Below, one piece after another: positions 62,198-64,000 of a stretch of DNA of 64,000 nucleotides. A program made the position numbers and the translations under genes. The notes below the pieces were generated by a model that did no database searches, was not told where the DNA came from, and saw only the letters and a list, made by a program, of their open reading frames with translations. Position 1 is the first letter of the stretch; each line of letters opens with the position of its first letter. The stretch lies in the sequence record LR535904.1; one strand, given 5' to 3'.

Positions 62198-63577
62198 AAA
62201 GCTTAATCCGCTTTACGTACCAAACGTCGGTTGACAAATCATTAATGGCGGTACACGACTGTTATCAGCGGCCTGAACGGTTACATCGGTGCTGGTATCG
62301 GCGCGTACGAAAAGTCTGCCGACCAGGCTGTGCGTAACTACCAGACTCTGAACCGTGCCGTGGCGCATGTTGGTAACGCCCTGGATAAATCCAACGACGA
62401 AGGCGAGTGGGAAGCACTGCGTAATGCACGTACTGCATTCCGCTCCTATGACGCCGATGTTGAGAAACTGGAGCAGGCTGCTAGCAAAGCTGCTGCTGCG
62501 TCTGCAGCAACCGCTCTTGATGCGATCGGTAAAGGCTTCGAGAAAGTGCTGCAGGACCTGTCAACTGGCGACTCTACCGACACGAAAGAGATTGCTACCC
62601 CGGCAATTACCGCACTGTATGTGCAGATCGGTAGCAAAACTCTGGCCGGCGGCCAGGACTTCACTGCGGTGGCGTTCCTGCCGCAGTTCGAAGATGGCGA
62701 AGGCGGTCAGAAAGTTCTGGCACTGCCAGGCAACGCCGCTGCTAAAGGCGCTGTTGATGTTGCCCTGTTCGGTACCGCTGCTAAGAAACTGCGCACCTCC
62801 TCTCAGGCGTCCGAATCTGCTGTAGCGATCACCAAAACCGCAGAAGGTACTGCAACGTCCATCGCTATCGCGAAAGAGCTGACCGGCGGTAAAGCGAAAG
62901 ACGCTATCAACAAGCTGAACATCTCTGGCGGCTTTATTAGCAAACTGTCTATCGAAGGCGACTTCGATGTGGCCAACCAGAAACGTGCGAAAGCTTACCA
63001 AGAGATGCTGCGTAAGCTCGGTAAGCAGAAGAAAGAAGCAGTTATCGCGAAAGCGAAAGAGCTGAAACTGAAATACATCAACGTTGGTAAGTCTGCACAG
63101 GAAGGCTGGAAAGAAACCCTGAAAGATCTGTTCAAGCGCTTCGTTGAACTGTGTAAAGATCGTACCAAACTGGCACGCGAATCTTATCGCCGTGGCCGTG
63201 GCATGACCAAAGCAGCTGAAGAAGCCATCGCTCACACCGAAGTGGCGCAGGAATCTATCCGTAAACGTTGGGCTATCCGTACCGAAGCTGCTATCGACGC
63301 TGCTGACGAAAAAATCGAAAACGGTGAAGAGATGCCTATCGACGGTCAGCTGGAACAGCTCGATGGTGACCAGGAAACTCTGGCTGCTGATACCGAGCTG
63401 AGCAACGTTGAACCGGCAGAAGAGAACATCGACGTTCAGCTGGCAGAAGTTGCGTCTTTTGTAAAAAGTAAACTCGCCCGCGAGTCCGTTGAAGCTACCG
63501 GCGACGTAATCGACGGTCCCCTTATCTAGGGGCGTGTAATTGGGTTATAACCAAAGGAACCGAAACAAATGGCAAAC
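62198..63577 (+). CDS. Inner head protein paralog (SPN3US gp53-like, ~425 aa)
   Basis: ATG 63569, MAN|FVKSKLARES... (same N-terminus as its neighbour once rejoined), AQE at residues 95 and 125, similar C-terminus GYIGAGIGAYEKSKA*. Confidence 0.8.
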
Positions 63578-64000
63578 GTTATCCGATATGATCTCGTCGT
63601 TAGCAGTGTTTTTAAAAATCGCACGTCCCTAAGGGGGGCGTCTATTATCTTATGCAGACCACGAACTGCTGGCACGTTGGTTGACACGTCCGAACGGCGG
63701 TCGTAGTGGGCAAGTTCGCCAAATGGGAACTGCGCATCAGACGTACACGCCTGACCGCTCTACTAAGCAAGTAGAGCGAACCGGTTCCCTGGGCTCACGA
63801 CTTCTTGCTGCGGCTTACCGTACAGTGTCAACAGGACAGTGGTCCGTTCTTCTGGTATCGTACATGAACGATATCCACGGTTTTACGTTTAATACGTTTT
63901 ATAACGAATCTGCATCGTTCATACTTGACGGTAAACGTTTCCGCATGATGGGCGCTGACTCTGTCCAACAAGTATTATATGACGAATATCCGCAGGTGGT
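63578..64000 (+). CDS. C-terminal part of a hypothetical (probably head) protein
   Basis: Blocks 63938 to 63578 join into an open frame ending LAVFLKIARP*. Confidence 0.6.

Larger units (their letters stand above)
8978..64000. other. Block-order-reversed segment, phase 38 (60-nt blocks start at 38 mod 60)
   Basis: Split codons fix the phase. DHFR gives MDRNNAIG, LANFK, ESLGCRPLP and EVMIIGG only with phase 38 (phase 39 creates a TGA; phase 37 loses F and G). Dam gives KSRVLPELL, FVGAGSV and DTNPDLIEL. The phase was consistent at every locus checked from 9 kb to 64 kb. Confidence 0.98.

Noticed and set aside
1-64000. Genuine gene scrambling (ciliate-like unscrambling, programmed inversions or trans-splicing) as a new phage system
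   Set aside because: Breakpoints are strictly periodic at 60 nt regardless of gene, codon, promoter or terminator boundaries. I saw no pointer repeats or recombination sites at the junctions, and the phase resets exactly at an assembler-type 127-nt overlap. This fits file handling, not a molecular mechanism. Only raw reads could overturn it.
1-64000. CRISPR arrays, tRNA/rRNA genes, IS elements, introns/inteins, chimallin or tubulin genes
   Set aside because: None recognised. tRNAs would be split by the 60-nt blocks and could be missed by eye, so tRNAscan-SE should be run on the corrected sequence.

Overview
The window comes from a phiKZ-like (nucleus-forming, Chimalliviridae-type) jumbo phage of enterobacteria, very close in gene order to Salmonella phage SPN3US. 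The sequence is not in its native order. It consists of exact 60-nt blocks, each internally intact but laid down in reverse order, which is what reverse-complementing each FASTA line separately produces. Blocks start at positions = 21 mod 60 from 1 to 8960 and = 38 mod 60 from 8978 to 64000. The phase change sits on a 17-nt short block (8961-8977) and a 127-nt duplication that mark the old contig end. Because 60 is divisible by 3, ORFs stay open, so the supplied ORF track shows proteins made of 20-aa pieces in reverse order. I re-read the blocks by hand from right to left. This restores intact genes, RBSs, promoters and terminators: portal, major capsid, DnaB-like helicase, nvRNAP beta subunit, inner-head paralogs, baseplate/tail proteins, RuvC-like resolvase, Dam, Tmk and DHFR. 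It also reveals accessory genes the ORF track hides: a PP-loop/QueC-like protein overlapping a DUF488-like gene, a GNAT, a SLOG/DprA-like protein, an XRE HTH, secreted proteins and a 47-aa membrane peptide. CDS coordinates below are the span of window blocks that make up each gene, and strand is the strand on which each block reads. A + gene therefore starts near the HIGH coordinate and ends near the LOW one. Lengths were counted by hand. Family and homolog names are from recall, not from searches. Many small hypothetical genes were not reconstructed. I found no convincing new biological system. The dominant signal is a data artefact.
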